Positions 1 to 10,220 of a stretch of DNA of 64,000 bases are shown piece by piece. How positions within the stretch are numbered: position 1 is the stretch's first letter; the number at the start of each line of letters is the position of its first letter. Under the pieces are notes generated by a model. That model was given only the letters and a program-made list of their open reading frames with translations. It ran no database searches and was not told the origin of the DNA. Origin of the DNA: Bacteriovoracaceae bacterium (GTDB lineage: Bacteria > Bdellovibrionota > Bacteriovoracia > Bacteriovoracales > Bacteriovoracaceae). Location: NCBI GenBank assembly GCA_965217035.1, contig OZ244226.1, positions 2,958,146 to 3,022,145 on the forward strand, given 5' to 3'. The position numbers were made by a program, and so were the translations under genes.

Positions 1-313
1 TATATTCGATACTGTATTCAAAGTCTGAAAGTTCAGAATCTTCAAACCTATTGGTTTCAACCTTTAAAGTGAGGGCAGGATTAAGGGGAGGAGGAGAAAA
101 AAGAATATCGTTGATCACATTTTCGGCGAGGCTATGAAGGCGAAGCTCTTCTTCCATTAAAACAGAGTCTTGCTGGTTGTCTCTTTGACTCCCTATGAAG
201 ACAACATAAAAAACAGAGAAAAGAATAAAGGCAATCATAATCTCAAACAGAGTAAGACCTTTTTGATTGAGAATTTTCTTTAAGCTATTGATTGTTCGAG
301 CTCCATTTATCAA
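1..313 (-). CDS. T2SS minor pseudopilin (GspI-like), truncated by window edge
   Basis: Own translation (not in ORF track): TTG at 313 ...NQKG|LTLFEIMIAFILFSVF... prepilin cleavage/methylation motif; directly follows the GspH-like gene. Confidence 0.7.
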   Translation of the reverse strand, partial: MINGARTINSLKKILNQKGLTLFEIMIAFILFSVFYVVFIGSQRDNQQDSVLMEEELRLHSLAENVINDILFSPPPLNPALTLKVETNRFEDSELSDFEYSIEY

Positions 314-980
314 ATAAGGTTTTTGTTTGTTGAAAAACAACATCAGTATAGGTTTCTTCAACAAAATCATTAATAGGAACAAAGTCGAGGTGAAATCTTT
401 CTCGAACACTTTCAGCTTCAAGGGTTGCAAATTCTTCGTAAGTATTAAAGATAATAAGAGCAAGATCTTGGTGACCCGTGGGATAGAAGTAAATAGAGGC
501 GACTCCATCCGTGATAAGATCTTTTGAAAGTGATGTTGCGATACCTGCTATTCTCACATCTTCGTTAAGTTCTCTAATGTTTTTTTGAAATTCAGGGATA
601 GGGATGAAGCCTTGTTCCGCTTTTTTCACTTTTTCATCTCTATTCTCTCGCTCTTTAAGTCCGAGTCGACTTTCGTCTACATATTCGGGAAGAAGGAGAT
701 TGGCATTTTCGCTCGACTCCACTGCATAACTTATCGGTGTTTTCCCAAGATCAAATTTTAATCTAACAATTTTATTAGAAACAACGGCCTCATTCCTTGA
801 AAACCGAATGGCCCTTTCTATATCATCAAGTGCGACTTCAAGTTTTTCCCTTTCAGTTTGACTTCCAAAATCAACAAGACTAAAGACAACACTAACGAGA
901 GTGATAGCAACGAGAATCTCTATCAGAGACATGCCCGAGTCTTGTTTTATAATTTTTTTTATTGGATTGGAACGGAGCAT
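285..980 (-). CDS. T2SS minor pseudopilin (GspH/FimT-like)
   Basis: QDSG|MSLIEILVAITLV prepilin motif and C-terminal IYFYPTG; start at 980 or 989 (AAGGAG upstream) rather than 1154, which overlaps gspG. Confidence 0.8.
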   Translation of the reverse strand: MLRSNPIKKIIKQDSGMSLIEILVAITLVSVVFSLVDFGSQTEREKLEVALDDIERAIRFSRNEAVVSNKIVRLKFDLGKTPISYAVESSENANLLLPEYVDESRLGLKERENRDEKVKKAEQGFIPIPEFQKNIRELNEDVRIAGIATSLSKDLITDGVASIYFYPTGHQDLALIIFNTYEEFATLEAESVRERFHLDFVPINDFVEETYTDVVFQQTKTLFDKWSSNNQ

Positions 981-1002
981 GCGAGGCATGCTCCTTGAGA
1001 AA

Positions 1003-1437
1003 TTATATATCCGTACTAATGATATCGGCATCGAAACCATCTCCGCCTTCCTCTTGATCCGCTCCAAGAGAAATGATGGTAAAACTTCTTCCTTCATCTG
1101 GTGATTCATAAAGATAATCATTATCCCATGGATCGAGTGGTAGTTTACCATCACTCATGTACCCACCTGGTCTATATCTTTTACAATCACGACCACTTGT
1201 TGGTTTTTCAATCAAAGCTTGAAGGCCTTGTTCTGTAGTAGGGTAACGATTGCAATGTCTTTTGAACTCATCAAGAATTCCTGAAACTCTTTGGATTTGA
1301 ATTTTTGCAGCTTGGACTCTACCTTCTTCAAGACTATCAAAAACCTTTCCGGCAACAAAAGCACCAGCAAGACCGATCAATGTCAGTGCGATAAGAATTT
1401 CAATAATACTAAAACCTGCGTTCGAACTACTTTTCAT
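1003..1437 (-). CDS. gspG: T2SS major pseudopilin GspG
   Basis: AG|FSIIEILIAL, YPTTEQGLQALI, LPLDPWDNDYLY, SLGADQEEGG motifs. Confidence 0.95.
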   Translation of the reverse strand: MKSSSNAGFSIIEILIALTLIGLAGAFVAGKVFDSLEEGRVQAAKIQIQRVSGILDEFKRHCNRYPTTEQGLQALIEKPTSGRDCKRYRPGGYMSDGKLPLDPWDNDYLYESPDEGRSFTIISLGADQEEGGDGFDADIISTDI

Positions 1438-1463
1438 GACCTCAATTCCTTTTGTTTATTTGT

Positions 1464-2669
1464 TTAATGTAGTTTATTTAATTCCATCATTGGGATGATA
1501 ACAGAAAATATAATGATTGCCACCGCGACACCCATGAGAACCATCATTATAGGTTCGATAACAGCGGTCAAGCCATTCAATCGAGCATCGACTTGGTCTT
1601 CATAGTTTTCAGCAATAATATCGAGCATGGGTTCCAGTTCACCAGATCTTTCTCCAAGCTTAATCATATAGGTAACCATTGTTGGGAAATTTCCATTTGC
1701 CTGAAGCGGTCCAACCATTGAAGACCCTTCAGAGACGGCCACTCGAGAACTTTCGATATCATCTTTCATCCAGACATTAGGAACAAGATTTTTAACAATG
1801 TTCATAGAGGCCAGAATAGGAACACCTGAATTTAGGAGTGTCCCGAGAGTTGAACAGAACCGGCTGACATTAATCATTTGAATAAGTGACCCTAGGTAGG
1901 GGATTCTTAATTGTAGGCGATGCCAACGTCGAGTTCCACTGTCAGTAGAAAGATATTTTCTTACTAGCCAGATTAAGGCAAAAATTCCAATGATAACGAT
2001 ATACCAATAATTTTGGAGAAAATTAGAAATTCCGATCGTTAATTTTGTAAGAGCGGGGAGCTCCTTTTTGGCAGAGTCAAACATTTTCGCAATCTGTGGG
2101 ATAACAACAATGAAAATAACGTTAATCATAATAAAACCAAAGATTGAGATGATGATGGGATACATCATGGCACCTTTAACTTTATTTTTTAATTTCACTT
2201 GAGATTCTGTAAATTCAGCTAATCGGACGAGAACAATGTCCAATGTCCCTGAAGCTTCTCCCGCTTCGACCATATTGCTATAAACATTATCAAAAACTTT
2301 AGGATGATCCGCTAGCGCTTTAGCAAGAGATGTCCCTTCATTAACTTTTCCTTTTATATCAGCAAGGACGACTCGCATGTATTCATTTTCAACTTGATCG
2401 ATGAGAGCTTGCAAGGCTTCAACGATTTGAATTCTCGCTTTGATCAGTGTCGCTAATTGTCGAGTCATCAATGATAAATCTTCAACTTTGACAGACTTGG
2501 AAGTCAGGAGTGCCGGCCCTTTTGCCCCGGCCTTTTTCTCCTTAAGAGTGATGAGCATAATACCCATGGACTTAATCTTTTGTTTTGCTACAAGTTCACT
2601 CTCACAATTGATTGTGGCCTTGTGTTCTTTTCCAGTGCGATCAATTCCTTTATAGGCATAAATAGGCAT
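1464..2669 (-). CDS. gspF: T2SS inner membrane platform protein GspF
   Basis: MPIYAYKG, TRQLATL, MVEAGEASGTL, GERSGEL, two T2SSF repeats. Confidence 0.95.
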   Translation of the reverse strand: MPIYAYKGIDRTGKEHKATINCESELVAKQKIKSMGIMLITLKEKKAGAKGPALLTSKSVKVEDLSLMTRQLATLIKARIQIVEALQALIDQVENEYMRVVLADIKGKVNEGTSLAKALADHPKVFDNVYSNMVEAGEASGTLDIVLVRLAEFTESQVKLKNKVKGAMMYPIIISIFGFIMINVIFIVVIPQIAKMFDSAKKELPALTKLTIGISNFLQNYWYIVIIGIFALIWLVRKYLSTDSGTRRWHRLQLRIPYLGSLIQMINVSRFCSTLGTLLNSGVPILASMNIVKNLVPNVWMKDDIESSRVAVSEGSSMVGPLQANGNFPTMVTYMIKLGERSGELEPMLDIIAENYEDQVDARLNGLTAVIEPIMMVLMGVAVAIIIFSVIIPMMELNKLH

Positions 2670-2839
2670 AAATTTATTTTAACCTAGGGATGATTCTAAT
2701 TGAAGTAAACTGACGAAAAGTTTACATAAGTTGATGGTAGGAGTCGGGCATGGTTTTGGATTTCAGTTTCTGCTCTGAGACTGATATTTGATATAATCTC
2801 AGATTCTCGATTTCAGATAATCTGCTTTTAGTTCTATCA

Positions 2840-4612
2840 CTATTCTTCTGTTTCTTCCGCGTTGATCGCTCTCAAGATTTCCTCAACTGAAGTTATCCCT
2901 TTAAAAACCTTAGAAAGAGCATCCATTCTGAGCGTGACCATTCCCTCCCTGACGGCCTGTTTCTTGATTGTTGCAGAGTCTTCCTTGGCAAGGATGAGTT
3001 TTCTAATTTCATCAGAAATCATCATGAGTTCGGCAACACAAGTTCTTCCTGAGTAACCTGTACCACTACATTTATGGCATCCCACCGGTTCGAAGATTGA
3101 AGTCGCTTCATCAATATCTTTATCTTTTACATCGAGAAGTTCTTTTTGATAATCAGTGAGGATAGAAGGCTTTTTACAATCATTACAAAGAACCCGAATC
3201 AGTCTCTGTGCCAAAACTCCAACCAGTGATGAAGAAATTAAAAAGGGTTGAACTCCCATATCAATTAATCGTGTTGGTGCAGAAGCAGCATCGTTAGTGT
3301 GAAGGGTTGAGAGAACGAAGTGACCAGTGAGAGAAGCATTGATGGCCATCTCTGCCGTCTCTTGGTCCCTTGTCTCTCCAACCATAACAACATCCGGATT
3401 TTGCCGTAGAATCGATCTCAAGGCTATGGCAAAGGTGAGATCAATTTTACTATTAACCTGAATTTGTGAAATTCCATTCATCTCATATTCTACCGGATCT
3501 TCGACTGTAATGATCATTTTATCCGGCGTATTCATTTTGGACAGAACTGCAAAAAGAGTTGTTGTTTTTCCATGACCGGTAGGTCCTGTAACGTAAAGAA
3601 CTCCGTGTTTTCTTTTCGAGAGATCTCCAAGACCATCAAGTACTTGTCCTTGAAAACCTAAAGCCTTGAGTTCCAAGACCGTATTATTTTTTTCAAGAAT
3701 CCTCATGACGATCCGTTCTCCATTTTGAACAGGTGTCGTACTTAAACGGATATCAATATCTTTACCGGCAATTTTGATTTTAATTCGACCATCTTGAGGA
3801 AGGCGTTTCTCAGCAATATCAAGTTTTGCCATGACCTTAATACGAGAAGATACGGCAGCATGAGTTTTCTTGGGTTGTCTTAAGATTTCCTGCATAACCC
3901 CATTGATTCGAAATCGATAAACCGTTTCTCGTTCGTAAGGCTCAATATGAATATCGGAAGCTTTCTCTTTGACCGCTCTAAAAATAATCGAGTTAACAAA
4001 ACGGATAACGGGAGCCTCATCGGCCGTTGCATCTAGGATATCGATAGGGCCATCAAGGTCCATATTCTCTTCAAATTCGTCCTCAATACTATGAACGAGG
4101 TTTTGATTAGCTTTCTCGTAAACATGGTTAATCGTTTCTTGGATCTTCATGGGGCTTGAAACAACAATTTTAACTTCTTTCTTATAAATTGTTGCTAGGT
4201 CATTAATGACATTTTCTCGAAAAGGATCACTCATAACAATAGTGATATGAAAATCAGTTTCGAGAATTGGAATAATTTCGTTAGCCTTCGCATAGTTAAT
4301 AGGAAGCTCTAAAACAATATTGGAATCAATCTCTTCTAATTTTATGTCATGAGTAAAGGGGATATTCATCTGATAACAAACGACTTTAATAATATCGTGT
4401 GGATGAATATAGTTTTTAGAAAGAAGAATTTCCCCAAGTAATCCGCCTTCGCCAGTCTTTTGAATTTCAAGAGCTTCGTCGAGTTGTTCTTTTGTTAAAC
4501 TGGTATACTCCAATAGAAGTTGTCCGACCTTAACTCCATCAGCGAGGTTTTTAATTTCAGGAGAAATCAAATCAGATTTCGTTCCTGTTACTTCTTCTTG
4601 ATTTTCTTCCAT
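2840..4612 (-). CDS. gspE: T2SS ATPase GspE with N-terminal MshEN-like region
   Basis: ASDIHIEP, GPTGHGKTTT Walker A, TVEDPVE, LRQNPDVVMVGE, STLHTND, CxxC zinc motifs; N-terminal KVGQLLL/LLGEILL. Confidence 0.95.
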   Translation of the reverse strand: MEENQEEVTGTKSDLISPEIKNLADGVKVGQLLLEYTSLTKEQLDEALEIQKTGEGGLLGEILLSKNYIHPHDIIKVVCYQMNIPFTHDIKLEEIDSNIVLELPINYAKANEIIPILETDFHITIVMSDPFRENVINDLATIYKKEVKIVVSSPMKIQETINHVYEKANQNLVHSIEDEFEENMDLDGPIDILDATADEAPVIRFVNSIIFRAVKEKASDIHIEPYERETVYRFRINGVMQEILRQPKKTHAAVSSRIKVMAKLDIAEKRLPQDGRIKIKIAGKDIDIRLSTTPVQNGERIVMRILEKNNTVLELKALGFQGQVLDGLGDLSKRKHGVLYVTGPTGHGKTTTLFAVLSKMNTPDKMIITVEDPVEYEMNGISQIQVNSKIDLTFAIALRSILRQNPDVVMVGETRDQETAEMAINASLTGHFVLSTLHTNDAASAPTRLIDMGVQPFLISSSLVGVLAQRLIRVLCNDCKKPSILTDYQKELLDVKDKDIDEATSIFEPVGCHKCSGTGYSGRTCVAELMMISDEIRKLILAKEDSATIKKQAVREGMVTLRMDALSKVFKGITSVEEILRAINAEETEE

Positions 4613-4615
4613 AAT

Positions 4616-7090
4616 TTATAACTCAAATTCAATATTTTCTGGGATCGACTCATCTCCTGAAGAATCACCTTTTTTTACGTCATCAATTGTGACGGAGTCA
4701 TTTCTTCCAATCCCTTCATCTTTATTTTCATAGAGAAGGGCTTGCTCATCATCATAAAGAGGTCCCTCTTTTTGTTTTTCAAGTTTATCCCTTAAGCTTG
4801 CAACTTCATCAGAAATAAAGTCTTTCTTGCTTAATTTTTCCAGTTCTTTTGATCTTCTATCAAGCTTATCAATTGTGGTTTCTGCTGCAACTCTCTGGTA
4901 TGGAGAGATAATTTTAGGAGATAAGAAGAAAAGAACATTCGTTTTTTCTTTATTCTTTGTTTTGGATTTAAACAGCCATCCAAGAACAGGAATATCTCCG
5001 AGAAGAGGAACTTTAGAAGCGGTCTCTGTCACTTTGTTTCTTAAGAGACCTCCCATGGCAACAGTGTCACCATCTCTAACGACAACTTCTGTCACTGCAT
5101 TTCTAACATCAGTTGCAACACCTCCGGCAGATGTTTGTGCTGTTGCACTTGTTCCACGGAAGTCTTTAATAGATTGGTCGATTTTCATTGTTACAAATCG
5201 AGTCACTTTATTAATCTGTGGAGTGATCTTGATTTTCATTGTGACGTCTTGAAATTGAACGTTCTGAGTTTGAAGGCCAGTTCCTGCAGTATTGGTTTGG
5301 AGGATTGGAATTTGTGATCCTACTTCAAAAGTTCCTTCGGTATTGTCCATAACAAGCAATTGCGGAGTCGCTAAGATGTTTGTATCAGCATCTGTCGAGG
5401 CTGCTTTGACAAGGACGTTGATTGGGCTGATATCAACATCACCAACATTAGGGATATTAACACTTCGAACTCCACCGAGACCGATCCCTGCAAAAACTCC
5501 ATCATTAATTCCTAATGGACTTGTTGCAAGAGGTGCGACTTCTCCAGCATTAAAACCGACTCGACTGGCAACACCCGTTCCCGTAACCCCTGCATAACTT
5601 ACACCAAAAGACTTAGTCACATCAACACTCGTTTCCATAATGAGTCCTTCTACATAGACTTGATCTCTTGGAATATCGAGTTTCTTTATAACGCTTTTAA
5701 CAGTCAACCAATCAGTAGGAGAAGCCGTCACAACGAGAGAATTAGTTGATTTATCGGCAGTTATTTTTACCTCTTCATTAAAGATTGTATTACTCCCACC
5801 ACTTGATGCCGTTCTACTACTTCTTCGTGATGAGGTTCGACTACTTGTTCTGCTACTAGAAGCGCTTTTAGTATTAGAGATCAAAGTTGTTAGTGTTTGG
5901 GATAAACTCTCAGCATCACCATATTGAAGATAATAAACTTGAATTTTTCCACTCCCAGCAACTGCATTTGATACATCAAGTTTGGCAATGAGATCTCTCA
6001 ACTGTTCAGCCCCAGACTTATTGGCCATCGCAATAATAGAGTTTGTTCTCGGCTCTGCAATAATTTTAGAAATATTGGCTCCTGTTCCTGAATCAGTTTT
6101 TGAACGACTACTTTTTCTTCGTGAACTCCTTGAGCTACTTTTATCATCTTTAAGAATGCTATCAAGAAGCTTCGCGAGTTCTTGTGCTGAAGTATTTTTT
6201 ACTGGAATAATGTGCATGGATTCGTCGTAACCTGGAACATCGAGAAATGTGACGAGTTTCATGAGTCGGTTAATATTTGTTCCAGTGTCAGTGATAATGA
6301 TTGTGTTTGTTTGTTTGATATCAAGAATTCTTCCGTAACGAGACATGAAGGGACGGAAATTTCTAACAATCTCACTCGCATCAACATACTTAAGAGCGAT
6401 GATTTTCATCATGTAGTTTTCAACATCAGGAGTGAATTCACCGGTATAAATCTTTGTAGGAGTATAACGAATATCTCTCGAGCTAATAATTCTGTAAAAT
6501 TGACCAGTTTTTATGAGTGAAAGCCCTGCCATGTTAAGTGCAACGAGATAGGCTTTCCAAGCGTCTCCTACTGTGATGGGGGTTGGGGCCGTGATTGAAA
6601 TCTTTTTCCCCTTCATATCTTTTTCAAGAATGAGGTTGATTCCAGTTTGTTTTTGCATGAACTTTGTAATTTCTAAAACATCAGAATTTGGAAAATCAAA
6701 ACTTTTGATGATTTCTGGGCCGAAAGCAGTTTCCGGGTTTAAATTGAAGTATTTTTTCTCTTTTTTTGCTTTTGCTTGAATTGTTTCTCTGCCAAAAACT
6801 TTTTCTTCTTGACCGGACATCTTCTCAGTTTCTCTAGCACGGAAGTTTTCATTCCTTCTGCTTCTTCTAGTACGAGTCTTCTTTTTAGCTTGCGCTCTTG
6901 GGGCTGAAGATTCGACTGATTTTTCTTTTCCTCCAACTTTGACCTTAATTCCAGGAGATGGATTTAGACTAGGGTCTGCTTGAACCGCATCTTTGACTTC
7001 GACATTTTCTGGTTTTGCATTGAACCTTTCGAAGTCATCTTGAGCGATAAGGGATAGAGGGATGAGAGTGAAAAGCATTAACCGAATCAT
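4616..7090 (-). CDS. gspD: T2SS secretin GspD
   Basis: N0-N3 domains, LDIPRDQVYVEGLIME, ILATPQL, KVPLLGDIPVLGWLFKS. Confidence 0.95.
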   Translation of the reverse strand: MIRLMLFTLIPLSLIAQDDFERFNAKPENVEVKDAVQADPSLNPSPGIKVKVGGKEKSVESSAPRAQAKKKTRTRRSRRNENFRARETEKMSGQEEKVFGRETIQAKAKKEKKYFNLNPETAFGPEIIKSFDFPNSDVLEITKFMQKQTGINLILEKDMKGKKISITAPTPITVGDAWKAYLVALNMAGLSLIKTGQFYRIISSRDIRYTPTKIYTGEFTPDVENYMMKIIALKYVDASEIVRNFRPFMSRYGRILDIKQTNTIIITDTGTNINRLMKLVTFLDVPGYDESMHIIPVKNTSAQELAKLLDSILKDDKSSSRSSRRKSSRSKTDSGTGANISKIIAEPRTNSIIAMANKSGAEQLRDLIAKLDVSNAVAGSGKIQVYYLQYGDAESLSQTLTTLISNTKSASSSRTSSRTSSRRSSRTASSGGSNTIFNEEVKITADKSTNSLVVTASPTDWLTVKSVIKKLDIPRDQVYVEGLIMETSVDVTKSFGVSYAGVTGTGVASRVGFNAGEVAPLATSPLGINDGVFAGIGLGGVRSVNIPNVGDVDISPINVLVKAASTDADTNILATPQLLVMDNTEGTFEVGSQIPILQTNTAGTGLQTQNVQFQDVTMKIKITPQINKVTRFVTMKIDQSIKDFRGTSATAQTSAGGVATDVRNAVTEVVVRDGDTVAMGGLLRNKVTETASKVPLLGDIPVLGWLFKSKTKNKEKTNVLFFLSPKIISPYQRVAAETTIDKLDRRSKELEKLSKKDFISDEVASLRDKLEKQKEGPLYDDEQALLYENKDEGIGRNDSVTIDDVKKGDSSGDESIPENIEFEL

Positions 7091-7093
7091 TGC

Positions 7094-8248
7094 TTATTCC
7101 TTACAGGTTGCAGGACTTGTTTTTGAAAATTCATACTTCATTGGTATAAGATTTCCTTCTCTTTCGATCTCGAGATTTAATTTCGGGAGTTTCGAGATTT
7201 TTCCAAACAGGCCCATTATGGCCTGCATGCCAGAAATGGGTTGTCCGTTTATAGATTTAATTACATCGTTATCTTGAATATTGAGGTGAGTATAAATACT
7301 GCCTGGTGTAATCTCTACGATCTTAAATGAAAGTGTTCCATCAGGATTAGGGATTTGAATTGCTCTTGCTTGAGTGAGAATTTCATTAAAATTAGCGAGT
7401 TTTTTATTAATAAGAGAACGACTAATACAAATGGTATCCCCAACTTGCTTGATCCCTTCTTCCACAAGGCTATCTTTTATTTCTGTAAATTGTTTTTTGG
7501 TTATAACGATAGGAGATTTAATCTTTTCTTCTTCAACAAGTTTTTGGTGTGAGATATATTCACATTCGCTCGTATTTAGATTTTTTAAAACAATTCTTAA
7601 TCGTTCAATATGGAAAATTTCAGCCAGGTCATCGATTTTTTCACCTTCTCTGATGCTTTTCAGTTTTTGATTCCCTCTTATTTGAACAGAAGCAAGAGAT
7701 TTAACAGAGTCTTGCATAACAAGTGTGCTCATCAACTTCAAAGGTAGTGAAGACTTTGTTTCGGCTTCATCACATATAATGACTTCGCTCGATTTTTTTT
7801 TGTTTTTTGGTTGATTTGGTTTACTGGTCTGAAAAAGATCCTTATTTTTTATGAGTTGAGTATAAGATTGCCATTCTTGAGTCGATGTCACATTGACAGC
7901 AATTGCTGGAATATCACTTGGTGTGGTTTTTAAGTTTTTAGGGATAAGAAAAAGGGCCGAAACTTTTCCTAGAAACCAGCAGGTTGATAGGATCATTGTT
8001 GCCAAGAAGAATCGATGAAACTTGCCACGATTTTCAACAGCAAAGATACGGACTGGAAAGTTTAAAAAGCCTGGGAGATTTGTATTTTTTGGTGGCGTTT
8101 TAGGAGGGAGTTCATCAGGGACGTAAAAGGGTACGTCTTCTGGGGATTGCTTCCTGCTTTTAAACTTAAAACCTTTAAGTTTCTCACTAAGTTTTGGATT
8201 TAACTTAAGTTTTTTAAGCTTGTCCTTCAAATTCCATTTTTTGGCCAT
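7094..8248 (-). CDS. gspC: T2SS protein GspC with C-terminal PDZ
   Basis: Single TM segment, HR-like domain, PDZ-like C-terminus (ITPGSIY..DVIKSING); first gene of gsp cluster. Confidence 0.85.
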   Translation of the reverse strand: MAKKWNLKDKLKKLKLNPKLSEKLKGFKFKSRKQSPEDVPFYVPDELPPKTPPKNTNLPGFLNFPVRIFAVENRGKFHRFFLATMILSTCWFLGKVSALFLIPKNLKTTPSDIPAIAVNVTSTQEWQSYTQLIKNKDLFQTSKPNQPKNKKKSSEVIICDEAETKSSLPLKLMSTLVMQDSVKSLASVQIRGNQKLKSIREGEKIDDLAEIFHIERLRIVLKNLNTSECEYISHQKLVEEEKIKSPIVITKKQFTEIKDSLVEEGIKQVGDTICISRSLINKKLANFNEILTQARAIQIPNPDGTLSFKIVEITPGSIYTHLNIQDNDVIKSINGQPISGMQAIMGLFGKISKLPKLNLEIEREGNLIPMKYEFSKTSPATCKE

Positions 8249-8447
8249 AGCAAATTTATTGTCTCTAATTTAGAGGTGATGCGCAATAAATTTTCAGCAA
8301 TGTTTTTGTCAGAAAAAGATCTCTGATTGATTTAATCAACAATGTCCAGGTTACATTTTCAAGATTATGATTTACTCTATCCAATGTATTTAGGCTTTTA
8401 AGTGTCTATTATTTTCAGACAACCATTTATTCTATTCGGGAGAAATC

Positions 8448-10220
8448 ATGGCGGAAACGAATGAAGTTGAAATTCCTTCTATAGCGAAAACTCTTTTTTA
8501 TGGGGAGTTTGATGAACCTCATATTCTTCCTTATCCAAAATTAAATGAAGAACAAGTTGAGATGGGATTGGCCATGGTTGATGCCGTCAGAAAGTTCGGT
8601 GCTAATCAGGTTGATTCAGAAAAAATGGATATTGAGAGTATGATTCCACCTGAAGTTCTAAGAGGCTGTGCTGAACTTGGTCTTTTTGGTTTAGGTGTTG
8701 CTGAAGAGTTTGGAGGTCTTAACCTAGATCATACGCTCTACGCTAGAGTTTTTTCTGAGGTCTCTGGGATAGATGGTTCTTTGGCAACAACACTTGGAGC
8801 TCATCAATCAATTGGTTTTAAAGCGCTTCTTAATGAAGGGACAGAAGAGCAAAAAGCAAAATGGCTTCCGAGGCTTGCGACTGGCGAAATTATGGCGGCT
8901 TTTTGTTTAACAGAACCAGGCTCTGGTTCTGATGCTTACTCCATTAAAACAAAAGCTATTGATAATGGTGATGGCACTTATACCATTAATGGACAGAAGC
9001 TTTGGATTACAAATGGAGGCTCTGCTGAGTTTTATACTGTTTTTTGTAAAACTGATCACACGATAGACGGTGAGAAGAAAGAGAAAATCTCATGTTTCAT
9101 AGTCGAAAAATCTATGAATGGAGTCTCCTTTGGTGAGAAGGAAGACAAAATGGGAATTCGTGCCAGTGAAACTCGTGCGGTTTATTTTGATAAGGTTAAA
9201 GTTCCTAAGGAGAATTTAATAGGCGAGCTTGGAAAAGGCTTCAAGATAGCTATGAATGTTCTCAATACTGGTCGTTTGTCTTTAGGTTCAGGTTGTGTTG
9301 GAGGAATGAAAGTTGCTCTCAAAATGGCCGTGAATCACGCGAAAAATAGAAAGCAGTTTGGAAGTCCGATTGCTGACTATGGTTTAATTCAAGATAAAAT
9401 TTCGAAAATTGCTTCTGCTATTTATGCTTGTGAGTCAATGGTGTATTTCACCACAGGAAAAATAAACCAAGGGATGCATGACTACTCAATGGAATCTGCT
9501 ATCTGTAAGGTCTTTTGCTCTGAAAAGCTTTGGGGAAGTATTGATCAGGCACTGCAGGTTGCTGCTGGGAATGGTTATATGAAAGAGTACCCGTATGAGC
9601 GTTTGATGAGGGATTCTCGAATTAATCTCATCTTTGAAGGGACTAATGAAATTTTAAGAATTTTTATAGCCCTTATGGGGATCAAAGGGCCATCGGATGA
9701 TCTTAAGGAGCTTGGTAAAGTTGCAGACGTTTCGAAATTTCTTCAAGATCCGATTAAGTCTGTTGGTATTCTGACTAATTTCGCAACTAATAGAATTACT
9801 AAAAGAGTCTTTTCAACGAAATCATTCTCCCAAGTGCATAAAGATTTAGAAGAATACACTGATAATTTTTCAAATATGTTAACTTCTTTTTCTGTTGAAG
9901 TTGAAAATACGATTATCAAATATGGTAAAAATATCATCGGTAATGAGTATCCACAAAAACGTCTAGCTAATATGGCGATTGAGCTTTATGCCCAACTTTG
10001 TGTTCTCGCTAGGACAAGTACTGTTCTAGCGGATCCAGATCTTTCAGATGAAGACAAACAATATGTTTTAAATCTCACTCGAATTACTTGTATTGATTCA
10101 AGACAAACTTTTATGAGAAACAAAAAAAGACTTGGTGGTTTCTATGATTCTGTAGTGCCTAAAGTTTCGGAAGAGACATGCAAAAGAGAAGGTTACGATC
10201 TCGATATTTTAAAATTCTAG
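8448..10220 (+). CDS. Acyl-CoA dehydrogenase (ACAD9/VLCAD-like long form)
   Basis: FCLTEPGSGSDA, GQKLWITNG, KMGIRAS, RKQFG, IFEGTNEILR plus C-terminal extension. Confidence 0.93.
   Translation: MAETNEVEIPSIAKTLFYGEFDEPHILPYPKLNEEQVEMGLAMVDAVRKFGANQVDSEKMDIESMIPPEVLRGCAELGLFGLGVAEEFGGLNLDHTLYARVFSEVSGIDGSLATTLGAHQSIGFKALLNEGTEEQKAKWLPRLATGEIMAAFCLTEPGSGSDAYSIKTKAIDNGDGTYTINGQKLWITNGGSAEFYTVFCKTDHTIDGEKKEKISCFIVEKSMNGVSFGEKEDKMGIRASETRAVYFDKVKVPKENLIGELGKGFKIAMNVLNTGRLSLGSGCVGGMKVALKMAVNHAKNRKQFGSPIADYGLIQDKISKIASAIYACESMVYFTTGKINQGMHDYSMESAICKVFCSEKLWGSIDQALQVAAGNGYMKEYPYERLMRDSRINLIFEGTNEILRIFIALMGIKGPSDDLKELGKVADVSKFLQDPIKSVGILTNFATNRITKRVFSTKSFSQVHKDLEEYTDNFSNMLTSFSVEVENTIIKYGKNIIGNEYPQKRLANMAIELYAQLCVLARTSTVLADPDLSDEDKQYVLNLTRITCIDSRQTFMRNKKRLGGFYDSVVPKVSEETCKREGYDLDILKF

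Noticed and set aside
990..1154. N-terminal extension of the pseudopilin ORF
   Set aside because: Overlaps gspG; the RBS and prepilin motif indicate a start at 980-989
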